Virus record (IMG/VR): IMGVR_UViG_3300023170_004399
Location: 192,001 to 256,000 of that record
From: a virus
Taxonomy: Duplodnaviria > Caudoviricetes
Length of the DNA: 64,000 nt
Direction: 5' to 3' (one strand)
In this document: piece by piece, positions 19,401 to 27,757 of the stretch
Numbering within the stretch: position 1 is the first letter of the stretch
How the letters are laid out: each line of letters starts with the position of its first letter
Program-made: the position numbers and the translations under genes
The notes under the pieces: generated by a model
The model's database searches: none
Seen by the model: the letters and a program-made list of their open reading frames with translations, nothing else
What the model was told of the DNA's origin: nothing

Positions 19401-20279
19401 TTACAAAAAAATGTTGATGAAGACATTGCTTATCTTTATGGTGAAATGTATGTAATGCATGAAATTTTAAAGAAAATAATGAATAATCCAGAGCTTAAAA
19501 TTGATGACAATGAAGAAAAGAAAATGTCTGATATGTATGAAAAGTTAATTGCAAGATTAGATTTAGAAGGCAGCGCTGAATATACTAAATTTTTAGAAAA
19601 CGGCACCAGTATTGGGCAGTTAAATAGCATATTCGCGAAAATAGATGAAACACCAAATGATTTTCTAGAAGATGTAATGAATTTGACATCATACCTTAAT
19701 GAGCTACATGCAAAATATATGGCTGCAAAATCATCTGAAAAGAAATACGAAGGTGATTTAGGTAATCTTCATACTTTATATTTAGCGCTATCGGGTGTTA
19801 GTAAAATTTTAGACAATGAGGGTAACGTAACTGCAGATGTAGAACAGGCTCGATCGACAGGTAACATAGCAGGTGCTCTTGATGCGGCTACAAACACAAA
19901 AGCTTTAGATAAATACAATAGAATAAGAAAGACTTTTAAAAGAAAAGGTTTTGATGTACCAGCTGATGAAAGGGCTGATATGATAAAAGATTTTAGTGAT
20001 GAAATGTCAAAAGGTTTTGATGCTGTTGGGGCAGCTGTAGAAAAAGGTGGTAATGTACGGGATGACGGTGCTGAAGCAGCATATTTTAAAAACAAGAAGA
20101 GAAAATATCCGCATGCACCATTCCCTGCAGATAGTGCTTTAGAAAAGAAGTTTGCTAAACAAGCTGAACGTCGAAGAAAAGATAGAGAAAGAAAAAGGAA
20201 AAAGCGACTACAAGCATGGAAAACAAATGATGGTAACTTGCTTATAGAAAGATGGCAAAAATTAGCTGGTTTAAAATAG
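16419..20279 (+). CDS. large (about 1286 aa) probable internal virion protein with hydrophobic Gly/Ala segments
   Basis: GGAG RBS before ATG 16419; two membrane-like segments, coiled coils, LxE motifs, C-terminal ERWQKLAGLK. Confidence 0.7.
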   Translation: MAVMLTESYKKRLARKYNDKNFRTKNIRVLVEAVDRTKTEYNYIYDAYDLTKKQRVCLKLMSEMYNVPPNQLILQEDIYKKLSSFWRKLTGSMPQDAALDVSADKSPLHNKLIAQAAKEQLDGSNFIKRAKRGWAAGKRSDKRGEGFWGGYGVGSKFRSAVADMSSNFQFGVHGGVDNEKLDAIRGEFAGLVDDFEATGKAAAKDLVAKIHKAAEESNFPNNPSAEEFCKILFGHSHIDDLEGDNTEAGGILGAIFAFREDLQELVNKQSMPVDVANALLDQLRRILKNYAGQVKDSYASRLIKTSEGVFGRDDLLYNDKYNLKQRLLEANEDNEDQEGGEEIDEEQAKLIKDSERFFKTKQKQSRQKSKQLANKIDITLNGGKYAEKEENFPDKLIVKYKDKDGKEVEKVYQTSEVLSGTKTNTKADLNKPNASMGQKFTALFKKFMKNKKAQKIIKPAVIDQAIKTNPEYKKLLQRKDLQGKSLTDEAYEKIMADIKKNESVLGPLIFALVGTIGMAMGAYAGGSVLGNFAADTNVQNWIASLPGTNVMQTASFLADASLPISTTGHCFTGVLYDIGPTYGTTFDVANHTSTLKDAKAVLIQAFGDGTTLTHAQLQAGMPSLNVSQASFDAMMDPANSTQAIGDFFHRSGTFNGILPGSEFYLGASKVFVKQLVMMGGRYYVANTFYAMGASAMGGTSLAGAVSGVGGMTVIATGGTAIAAAALAIVAFRKLGTKRNRRNMIMSLVDLIKPIEGASKPIDPDIERISPVDTPPVVNPTKDPNLKASFDLVVRFLKKKGYNPKDALKLMQALYNPKTKLGRKSFKDFYDESESQQNLRAHYSRTGKYSLLAVLSEDISYKRYAKRMKRAAKKAKVPFLNDEQLRAAAIAINNAYIIGDIDETTFPKDIMEKVIEVESEELKKKYEDALKENEELDRIMKNAVESAAAEIGVQAETIQQLKAKLDAAIKKGNLSESQLQMAIRTIQGLEQQVAALQKNVDEDIAYLYGEMYVMHEILKKIMNNPELKIDDNEEKKMSDMYEKLIARLDLEGSAEYTKFLENGTSIGQLNSIFAKIDETPNDFLEDVMNLTSYLNELHAKYMAAKSSEKKYEGDLGNLHTLYLALSGVSKILDNEGNVTADVEQARSTGNIAGALDAATNTKALDKYNRIRKTFKRKGFDVPADERADMIKDFSDEMSKGFDAVGAAVEKGGNVRDDGAEAAYFKNKKRKYPHAPFPADSALEKKFAKQAERRRKDRERKRKKRLQAWKTNDGNLLIERWQKLAGLK
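20249..20270 (+). repeat. 22-nt exact repeat copy 1 (encodes RWQKLAG)
   Basis: AAGATGGCAAAAATTAGCTGGT identical at 26863-26884. Confidence 0.9.
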
Positions 20280-20286
20280 GTGATAT

Positions 20287-20733
20287 ATGAAAAGATTAAA
20301 CGAAAGAAAGCTTTTACGTATAATAAAGCAAAAGTATAAGCAAAGATTAGCGGATCGTTTAATTGAAGCTAATCTTTCAGAAATGGATATTGCAGATAAG
20401 CGTGGAAATGTGTTGTTATCGCGTGGTTTAAAAGTCAGACATAAAAAAAGCGGGTATGTGTATACAGTAGACAGTGTTGAAGGCACCGGCGAAAATACCA
20501 AAGTAGTTTTAAGGCACCCAGATGAACCAAGAGTTGACCCTGGGGATTCTGTTGATAGTTTACACGAGGATGATGGTTTAGGTTTTGATATTAATGATTT
20601 GAACATGGACAGAATAGCAAATAGACCAGTTGATCCTACAAAGGCCGGATTTGCAAAAAGTAAAATGCAAAAGTCACATGACACAATAACAGTAAGTAAG
20701 AAAACTTTTGAAGAAGAATACGAATTAGCATAG
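20287..20733 (+). CDS. hypothetical phage protein, probable virion protein
   Basis: Leader MKRLNE; SH3-like segment GLKVRHKKSGYVYTVDSV. Confidence 0.7.
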   Translation: MKRLNERKLLRIIKQKYKQRLADRLIEANLSEMDIADKRGNVLLSRGLKVRHKKSGYVYTVDSVEGTGENTKVVLRHPDEPRVDPGDSVDSLHEDDGLGFDINDLNMDRIANRPVDPTKAGFAKSKMQKSHDTITVSKKTFEEEYELA

Positions 20734-20740
20734 GTGTAAA

Positions 20741-21448
20741 ATGGATGATTTAATTAAAAAAGCTGTAGAACAAAGTTTAAAAAGAAGTAAATACATTAAG
20801 AAGCATGCTGATATTAAATCTAGCGTTACTTTAAATGAAGCTTATGTTGTGCAAGCAAAAAAATATGATTTAGCTACAGATTTACTTTCTGGTAAAAACA
20901 AACAAGCCCACAACCAGTTGTTAGCTAAGTACGTTGAAGATTTAAATGCTGTTTCAGCTAAGTTAGATGCTGCTGATAGAGATGATGCGAATTTAAACCA
21001 CAGTGAATTTAGATCATTAAAAATAGATGAAGTATACAATTTAAATGCTGCATTTTTGCATGGCATGTTTTTTGAAAATATATCAGATATGCAATCTGTA
21101 ATCACTATGGATAGTTTGGCATATATGCGATTGTCTCGTGATTTTGGTACGTTTGATGATTGGCAAAAAGATTTTGTAGCATGTGCTATGTCTGCTCGTA
21201 ATGGTTGGGCAGTAACAGTTTACAACACATTCCTTAAAAGATATATTAATGTTGTTGTAGATTTGCATTCTTTGAATATACCATTTGGTTCAATACCAGT
21301 TATTGTTATGGATTGTTGGGAACATAGTTACTATAGAGATTATTTAAAAGATAGAAAAACATATGTTTTTGCAATGATGAAAGAATTAAATTGGAATACT
21401 ATTGAAGACCGGTTTAAAAAAGCTGACAAAATATCAAAGGTTGGGTAA
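20741..21448 (+). CDS. sod: Fe/Mn superoxide dismutase with N-terminal leader
   Basis: AHNQL..KYV..LN, NAAFLHGMFFEN, ARNGWA, MDCWEHSYYRDY: all four metal ligands appear present. Confidence 0.88.
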   Translation: MDDLIKKAVEQSLKRSKYIKKHADIKSSVTLNEAYVVQAKKYDLATDLLSGKNKQAHNQLLAKYVEDLNAVSAKLDAADRDDANLNHSEFRSLKIDEVYNLNAAFLHGMFFENISDMQSVITMDSLAYMRLSRDFGTFDDWQKDFVACAMSARNGWAVTVYNTFLKRYINVVVDLHSLNIPFGSIPVIVMDCWEHSYYRDYLKDRKTYVFAMMKELNWNTIEDRFKKADKISKVG

Positions 21449-21449
21449 G

Positions 21450-22253
21450 ATGAAAAGAAGACTTATGGAATTAGCAGGGATTATACATAGATCTGAACCA
21501 ATAAAGGGTAGACGTCTCCTAAGGGAAGAACCTGAAGATGATGCCGGCGACGCTGGTGGAGATGACGCAGGAGGTGGAGGTGCTGAAGGTGGCGATAGTG
21601 ATAGTGGTGCTGATAGTCTTTTTGGTGATGAACCAGATGATGGAGGATTAGGTGATGATTCTGGTGCTGAGGGTGGAGAATCTGGAGATGCAGCATCGGG
21701 TGGAGAAGAAAAACCAGATGAACCGGAAGAGAAAGAGCCTGAGTTATCACCTGGTGATAAACAAAGATTTGGTGAAACAGTTGTCGGTGATGTAATATAC
21801 ACCAATATACAAGGTTCATTTCATAAAGCTGTAAAATCTCGGGAGGTAGGTGAAAGATATCACAGGGGTAAACCCGGGGAAACTTATGTAAAAACAGAAT
21901 CATTACATAGGTATAGTTTAAGTGAATTATTGTTCGAAAAGAAAGACAAAGAAGAAGAAAAGCCAACGCGTGTTGATTTAGCAAATTTTGATATGCAGAC
22001 TTATGCAAATGAGATAGCTCATAAAATAAAATATTACACAACACAGTTTGATTGGCAGGGTATGATTTTAAACATATCTAAGCAGTTTTTATTAAACAAT
22101 ATTCATGAAAAAGAAGCACAGCAGGCTGTACAAGAGTTTGAAGAATTGTTAGCTAGAGTTGAAGGTCTCGATGATTTAATTGATGATTACGATGATCCAG
22201 AACCGATACACACTGCAGTTGGCGCCGTTGGTGGCGGAGGTGGGGGTGTTTAG
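21450..22253 (+). CDS. probable head/core protein with Gly/Asp-rich linker
   Basis: N-terminal RRLMELAGII, LLRE site, long G/D/E low-complexity tract, YSLSELLFE motif. Confidence 0.7.
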   Translation: MKRRLMELAGIIHRSEPIKGRRLLREEPEDDAGDAGGDDAGGGGAEGGDSDSGADSLFGDEPDDGGLGDDSGAEGGESGDAASGGEEKPDEPEEKEPELSPGDKQRFGETVVGDVIYTNIQGSFHKAVKSREVGERYHRGKPGETYVKTESLHRYSLSELLFEKKDKEEEKPTRVDLANFDMQTYANEIAHKIKYYTTQFDWQGMILNISKQFLLNNIHEKEAQQAVQEFEELLARVEGLDDLIDDYDDPEPIHTAVGAVGGGGGGV

Positions 22254-22522
22254 TGTCCAAAAGTAAAAGATATGATTTTACTAACAGGAAATCAATTCAT
22301 TTTCACATGACCAAAGATATACACAAAGAATTTAAAAAGAGGTTGTTTGATGATGAAATTACTATGCAAGAGTTTTTTGAAGAGTGCGCTATTAGGATTG
22401 TTGAAGACGATGCCTACATGGTTAAACTTATTGAGCGACTTAAGCAAAAAAGGATTGAAAAAGAAAAAAGAATATATTCCGTCGAAGCTGATTCAATATA
22501 CGATGCAATCGAAAAAGAGTGA
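22253..22522 (+). CDS. ribbon-helix-helix-type DNA-binding protein
   Basis: KSIHFHMTKDIHKEFKKRL...ITMQEFFEE beta-alpha-alpha pattern. Confidence 0.55.
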   Translation: MSKSKRYDFTNRKSIHFHMTKDIHKEFKKRLFDDEITMQEFFEECAIRIVEDDAYMVKLIERLKQKRIEKEKRIYSVEADSIYDAIEKE

Positions 22523-22745
22523 TTTAGAAGAAGTACTCTCGAAAAAAACTCTTACTGACATGTCAAAAATAAAAATGACTCAGTCTAGCTTGTTGGTGTC
22601 AACAAAAGAAATTGCTAAAACACAAAATATGTTATTAACATATATACAAGATTTAGGCTATGAATTAGACGATTTAAAAATAGCTACTGGAATTTCCCGA
22701 AAAAAGAATATTTATTTCTATAAAACATCTGATAAAGGACACTAA
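22503..22745 (+). CDS. hypothetical protein
   Basis: ORF from ATG 22503, coupled to neighbours. Confidence 0.55.
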   Translation: MQSKKSDLEEVLSKKTLTDMSKIKMTQSSLLVSTKEIAKTQNMLLTYIQDLGYELDDLKIATGISRKKNIYFYKTSDKGH

Positions 22746-22758
22746 TGGGAGAAATCAT

Positions 22759-23034
22759 GTGGCTACTAAAGAAGAAGTAAAAGATGCTATCAAATCAGCA
22801 TTAAACGTTGAGCTTTCTGCGGAACAAAAAAAGGCCTTATACTTAAATAATAAGAAAAAAGGTATGTTAGACACTGTTCAAGAGAAAATTATATCAAGAA
22901 AATTATTAGTTTTTACTGTTGCAACAGCTTTAATGTGGTATGGTTTAGATTCAGACACGTGGGGTATGATTGCAATGACATATATTGGTGGTCAAACTGC
23001 TATCGATTTTGCTAAAGTTTGGCGTGGTGCTTAA
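22759..23034 (+). CDS. holin-like two-TM membrane protein
   Basis: ISRKLLVFTVATALMWYG...WGMIAMTYIGGQTAID; GGGAG RBS. Confidence 0.55.
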   Translation: MATKEEVKDAIKSALNVELSAEQKKALYLNNKKKGMLDTVQEKIISRKLLVFTVATALMWYGLDSDTWGMIAMTYIGGQTAIDFAKVWRGA

Positions 23035-23351
23035 TGTTGTTAAAAATTAAAGAATATTGGCAGTGGCTTGTTGGTGCTATACTAGTTTTAGCTGCTTACA
23101 CGTTAGGTAAAAAACAAACTGGCATAAATTCTGATGATTTAGAAGACATGTTAGAAAACAGCGAAAATGAAAAGCAGAAGTTGATGAAAATTCAGAAAGA
23201 TCACTTAAAAAATAAAAAAATTATTGAAGCTGATAATAAAAGACAGGTTATTGAGTTAGAAGAATGGAAAAAATCTGAGGAAGCACGTATTGAAGAAAAG
23301 AAAAAAGATTCAGATGATGTTTTCGCAGAGTTGGGTATTAAAAAGAAATGA
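23034..23351 (+). CDS. N-terminal TM plus coiled-coil protein (i-spanin-like)
   Basis: EYWQWLVGAILVLAAYTLG followed by coiled coil; follows the holin-like gene. Confidence 0.5.
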   Translation: MLLKIKEYWQWLVGAILVLAAYTLGKKQTGINSDDLEDMLENSENEKQKLMKIQKDHLKNKKIIEADNKRQVIELEEWKKSEEARIEEKKKDSDDVFAELGIKKK

Positions 23352-23746
23352 TTATATTGTTAACTAAGTTAGTTTTTGCGCAAACACCAGAATACACATA
23401 CATTGAGACTGGTGAACCAGCACCATTTTCTGGTCGTTTATTCAATGATGCTGCTAGCGAGCTGCTAAGTGAAACTATTGACGTTGGCTTGGAAAAATGT
23501 AAATTAAATACTGAGTATGAGATTAAAAAACTGCAAATAGAGCATAATAAAGAGTTACAGAATTTAAAAAATGATTATAATATGGTCATTAAACAAAAAG
23601 ATGCCAAAATACAAAAACTTAATAAGGATATAGAGATTCTTAATGATGTAAAAACACCACCTAAGCCTAAATTTTGGTTTTCATTAGGTGCTGGCACAAC
23701 TGCCGTTGTTTTTGGTACGTTAGCCTATCTCATTGGAGCTAATTGA
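23348..23746 (+). CDS. signal-peptide coiled-coil protein with C-terminal TM (spanin-associated-like)
   Basis: MIILLTKLVFAQ signal, GEPAPFSGRL motif, coiled coil, C-terminal hydrophobic helix. Confidence 0.5.
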   Translation: MIILLTKLVFAQTPEYTYIETGEPAPFSGRLFNDAASELLSETIDVGLEKCKLNTEYEIKKLQIEHNKELQNLKNDYNMVIKQKDAKIQKLNKDIEILNDVKTPPKPKFWFSLGAGTTAVVFGTLAYLIGAN

Positions 23747-24879
23747 TGAAAATAAAAAAAAGCAAACTAGATAAAGCCATTGAAAATTGGTTGTTCGAAG
23801 ATAGTGTACCTAATAGAAGAAATAATGTTACTGACGATAAAGTTGCAGGAACATTAGGTGATGAAAGAGATTTGGTACAAATGCCAATTGACCCGACTCC
23901 GCATGTTCCTTTGATATCAAGAAAAAAATTGCCAATAGACGACAGTAAATGGGAACCAGTCAACCCAGAAGAGTTAGCATATGCTGTAAAAGAATTAGCT
24001 GATGCAATACCTGATGAAAAGGTAGTGGCTGCTTATCAAATTATTAAAAAAACTATTGAACAAATTATTGAAAGGGAAAACCTTAAGGTTTCTGACATTG
24101 CTTTTGATAAAGATTATAAAGAAAGTAATAAACCAATTAAGAGTATCAAAAAAGAGAGTTTAATAAGAGAAGCTGGCGGAGATGATGACGATGAAGAATT
24201 TTTGCCGGACATTGATGACATTATAGAGTTTGCATCATTTAACCCGAATACAGATTTATCACTAGTGCCAGGTTTTGATGAAGCAATTGAAAAAGCTAAA
24301 AAAGAATATACTCTCGAAGACTTAGTTAATTTAGGTGTATATACTGGCGTTAAAACTAGTGGCCATATGAGAAATAAAATTGAAACAGAAATTTTTCCAG
24401 TTTTAGCTGCTAGTCGTAATGCTGTAGTGTTAATCAATAAACTGATAAGCTTTGTTAAATATTCCAAGTGGGCGCATGACATGTTTTTAGAAACCGGGCT
24501 TTTATCTGGCGCCTTAACTCATGACAATATTAATGATTTAAGGACAACTATTCTCATGTCTTCTTTAGACACTAGGGATAAATTTGGTTTTAAAAAATCA
24601 CACAAAGATATTCCAACAAGCTCACCACTTATGAGCGCATGGGGCTTCGTCATATATGAGGTTATAACAAAGCCAGCCATGAAATATTTAAAAAAATTAG
24701 ATTATGACCCTGCTAATATTAATAATCAAGTAACGGTTGAAAATGCAGAAGCTATTATTGAAAAAATACAAGACCGTTGGAATACAATGCCAGCTAAAGG
24801 TGCTGGCACAACAAAGTTATCTATCTCTAAAAAAGCTTGGCTCGAATGGGCAGATTTTCAAATGAAATTTGGTAAATAG
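23743..24879 (+). CDS. hypothetical, probable head protein
   Basis: Leader KKSKLDKAIENWLFE; internal LIRE site followed by acidic tract. Confidence 0.7.
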   Translation: MMKIKKSKLDKAIENWLFEDSVPNRRNNVTDDKVAGTLGDERDLVQMPIDPTPHVPLISRKKLPIDDSKWEPVNPEELAYAVKELADAIPDEKVVAAYQIIKKTIEQIIERENLKVSDIAFDKDYKESNKPIKSIKKESLIREAGGDDDDEEFLPDIDDIIEFASFNPNTDLSLVPGFDEAIEKAKKEYTLEDLVNLGVYTGVKTSGHMRNKIETEIFPVLAASRNAVVLINKLISFVKYSKWAHDMFLETGLLSGALTHDNINDLRTTILMSSLDTRDKFGFKKSHKDIPTSSPLMSAWGFVIYEVITKPAMKYLKKLDYDPANINNQVTVENAEAIIEKIQDRWNTMPAKGAGTTKLSISKKAWLEWADFQMKFGK

Positions 24880-24881
24880 TT

Positions 24882-25214
24882 ATGAAGTTAATGAGTGTAA
24901 TGGAAAAATATTTTGATAACGTGATTGCTGAAAGTGCAACACCGATAAAACCAAAACCAAGTACAAAAAAATGGATGCGTAAAGAAGATCCAAATCGATT
25001 AGTACGCACATTCAATATAGAAGACAATAAAAAATATAATAAATTTCTTTACGCTGTTTTAGAACATCAGAGAAGTGTCAATCACCACGCAAAGATATTA
25101 GCAGAATACCCTAATATTACAGTGGAGATATGGTCACACACAATAGAAGATATTACTGAGATGGATTTAGATTGGGCTCGAGATGTTTCGGCCTTATACA
25201 AGAGAGAAAAATGA
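24882..25214 (+). CDS. pterin-4a-carbinolamine dehydratase-like protein with leader
   Basis: LVRTF..., NHHAKI, VEIWSHT..DITEMD..WA matches the PCD HHP...TH...D pattern. Confidence 0.75.
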   Translation: MKLMSVMEKYFDNVIAESATPIKPKPSTKKWMRKEDPNRLVRTFNIEDNKKYNKFLYAVLEHQRSVNHHAKILAEYPNITVEIWSHTIEDITEMDLDWARDVSALYKREK

Positions 25215-25555
25215 GTATCTATTATAGTGATGAGTTAGAAGGTAAAATTGATAAGTCACAGTTTGAGCGTGAGTTTAGACAAAATACATTGTATATGGTA
25301 AAGCCATTTAAACTGCAAGTCACTGAATTTAGTAAAAAACAGAGCGGCACGTATGTAAAAGTGTACATGAAAGACATTTATGACGAAGTTGTTGAATATA
25401 TATTGTTAGGTGGATTTGCAAATGATGAAACTGTTTTAGAGTTTGAGTATAATGGAAAACCAATAAGCTTTATTAATAAAGTAAATTTTTATGAATACAG
25501 TTTTGCACATAAAGACTGGATGGTAATTGGTGAAGAAGTTAGGAGAAAAAAATGA
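25211..25555 (+). CDS. hypothetical protein
   Basis: ATG overlapping upstream stop region. Confidence 0.65.
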   Translation: MSIYYSDELEGKIDKSQFEREFRQNTLYMVKPFKLQVTEFSKKQSGTYVKVYMKDIYDEVVEYILLGGFANDETVLEFEYNGKPISFINKVNFYEYSFAHKDWMVIGEEVRRKK

Positions 25556-26217
25556 ATCTAGACGATATTATAAAAAAAGCTACTATTAATAGCCTTAAAG
25601 AAAGTGGTCTTATAACAGAAGACCGTGAACAAGAAGAGAAAAGAGAGTTGCTACGTCAGCAAGCAGCCGCGGATGCATTTGAAAAAGGCGGATACAAAGC
25701 ACCGACAAAAAAGGATAAAGAAAAAGATAAAACTTTACAAGATAAAAAAGGTGATGACGCTGATGAGGCAGAAGACGATGCTGGCTTAAAACCAAAAGAG
25801 CCAAAAAGTGAAAAACTGCCTTCAATAACTGTTAGAAAGGTAATAGATAAAATCGATGATATAAGAGCCGGTTATAGTTTACATACAAAAAAAGGCGTTA
25901 AAGACCTTACATTGTATTTCAATCGATTGAGCAAAAATGAACAAATAGCACTGTATGCCTTTCTTACGGGAATAGAACAAGTGATGGATTCAGAAACAGA
26001 AATTGATGGCCCGACAGCTGACATACCAACAAAAGATCCTTATGCTATTCAGATGAAAAGAAACAAGGTTATAAAAGCAAAAAAGAAAAAAGCTGCTAGT
26101 AAAAAATCAAAGCCGGGAAGTGCGGAAAGTCCTATCGTTGTAGGAGAAGCTGCAGATAAATCAACTATTAAACGTAGATTATTACAGATTAATCGGAAAA
26201 ACAAAAAACGAGTATAA
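25552..26217 (+). CDS. hypothetical charged protein, probable head protein
   Basis: GGAG RBS; leader MNLDDIIKKATINSLKESGLITE. Confidence 0.7.
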   Translation: MNLDDIIKKATINSLKESGLITEDREQEEKRELLRQQAAADAFEKGGYKAPTKKDKEKDKTLQDKKGDDADEAEDDAGLKPKEPKSEKLPSITVRKVIDKIDDIRAGYSLHTKKGVKDLTLYFNRLSKNEQIALYAFLTGIEQVMDSETEIDGPTADIPTKDPYAIQMKRNKVIKAKKKKAASKKSKPGSAESPIVVGEAADKSTIKRRLLQINRKNKKRV

Positions 26218-26245
26218 TTAATATTATATATTTTAGGAGACAATA

Positions 26246-26899
26246 ATGCGTTGGTCAGCAAAGAAACTTAAGAATTTCATACTTAAAGAGGTAAGATTAC
26301 TTGAAAAACATGCACACGGTCACGATCCAATGAAAAGCATGGGAATGAGTGGTGTATCAGATTATGATGATTACTACGATGATGAAGATTTAGGAATGAT
26401 GGATGTACATATCCATAGACATCATGATGATGAAGAAGAAATGCATCCTTATGATATAGCTGATCAAATGCACGATGAAGATCACAGTCATGACATGCCT
26501 CATGGTGCAATGCCAGATTATCACAATCCAATGGACGATATGCATGATGAGCACATGGGGGCTGAGCATGATGATTATGATGATTATCACGATCACGGAT
26601 TAGAAATGGACGATGAAGATATGGATTTGGGCCCAGCATCCGGATTTAGCCCTAACTCATATGAAGATGATTATCCTGGTGTGAAAGATTTGCATTTATA
26701 TGAAGCAGATGAAGATGTAGATGAAGATGAGCTTAATGAATATGATGAGTTAGAAGAAGACGACGAAATTGATGAAGGTGGGTGTGGATCTTCTCGAGGC
26801 GGAATGTACGGAGAAGGTGACGAAGACGAAGACGAAGGTGAAAAACTGGAAGAAGGTCTTCGAAGATGGCAAAAATTAGCTGGTCTTTTAAGAGGGTAA
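26246..26899 (+). CDS. His/Asp-rich acidic low-complexity protein, probable head core protein
   Basis: AGGAG RBS; leader ending VRLLE; HDD/HDE repeats; C-terminal RRWQKLAGLLRG. Confidence 0.75.
   Translation: MRWSAKKLKNFILKEVRLLEKHAHGHDPMKSMGMSGVSDYDDYYDDEDLGMMDVHIHRHHDDEEEMHPYDIADQMHDEDHSHDMPHGAMPDYHNPMDDMHDEHMGAEHDDYDDYHDHGLEMDDEDMDLGPASGFSPNSYEDDYPGVKDLHLYEADEDVDEDELNEYDELEEDDEIDEGGCGSSRGGMYGEGDEDEDEGEKLEEGLRRWQKLAGLLRG
26863..26884 (+). repeat. 22-nt exact repeat copy 2 (encodes RWQKLAG)
   Basis: Identical to 20249-20270. Confidence 0.9.
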
Positions 26900-26902
26900 C
26901 AC

Positions 26903-27730
26903 GTGGATCATGAAGTTGAACTAGCTGTTCGAACATTACAGCAAAACAGTACTGATGTGCAAGCTGCAGCTAATTTTAAAAGAAGTCTAGATGATTATAT
27001 TGACGATATTATAGAAGGCTTGGCACCTAAACTGGTTGATCATGTTAGAGAACAAGAAGTCGATGAAGATGTTGATGAGTTTTTTGATGGTGTAAAGCAA
27101 GCAGGTCTAGATAACTTTCGTGCTTATCAACAAAGTCAAGATATCGGTACATTTGAGTCATTGCTACAACAATATAAACGTACTGAGACAGACGATTTTA
27201 TAGAAGGCTATGAGTATGGATGGAAAAATGGTGTCGATATACGTACATATAATAGCATCGATGAATTACCTATAGAATTGAAAGACGAATTAGTTTCAGT
27301 AGCTATCGATACTTTTGATGATAGACTTACAGAAGAATCTATAATCGCTGCAATGCAAGAAGCATGGCATCACTTAAACCCAATGAATATCTTACGAGCT
27401 CTAGGCACAGCTTTTAAAGAAGGTGACTGGAAATTGTTTCTTAAGTTAGCACTCTTTGAATTGTTTGAACATTATGTTTTGCCTACTGTTTTAGTGTCTC
27501 TGACTGGCAACCCTGCTTTTATGGCATTAGCAGCAATACCAATTGGTGAAGTTTTAATACCAATTTATTTAGCCATAGTTGGTGGAAAAGACAAAGGGCC
27601 CGACATCCCAGGTCATTATGATCAATATAAAGAACGAAAAGCTGCAGCTGCTAAAATACCGGAAGGCCGAGTCTATAAATTAAATGAAGCGCAAACTAGA
27701 CTTTTTGTACAATCAGTTCTAAACGGATAA
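26903..27730 (+). CDS. hypothetical protein with hydrophobic C-terminal segment
   Basis: GTG start; acidic N-half, hydrophobic helices (LFLKLALFELF...LIPIYLAIVGG), VYKLNE motif. Confidence 0.7.
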   Translation: MDHEVELAVRTLQQNSTDVQAAANFKRSLDDYIDDIIEGLAPKLVDHVREQEVDEDVDEFFDGVKQAGLDNFRAYQQSQDIGTFESLLQQYKRTETDDFIEGYEYGWKNGVDIRTYNSIDELPIELKDELVSVAIDTFDDRLTEESIIAAMQEAWHHLNPMNILRALGTAFKEGDWKLFLKLALFELFEHYVLPTVLVSLTGNPAFMALAAIPIGEVLIPIYLAIVGGKDKGPDIPGHYDQYKERKAAAAKIPEGRVYKLNEAQTRLFVQSVLNG

Positions 27731-27732
27731 TA

Positions 27733-27740
27733 TATTTATT
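27733..27740 (+). promoter_or_regulatory. candidate late promoter TATTTATT
   Basis: ATATTTAT motif directly upstream of the GAGG RBS. Confidence 0.4.
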
Positions 27741-27757
27741 ACTAAAGAGGTAATAAT

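Noticed and set aside
21530-21735. GGT/GAT-rich tandem-like DNA as a repeat array
   Set aside because: Imperfect low-complexity codons for a Gly/Asp linker; no constant repeat-spacer period, so not CRISPR
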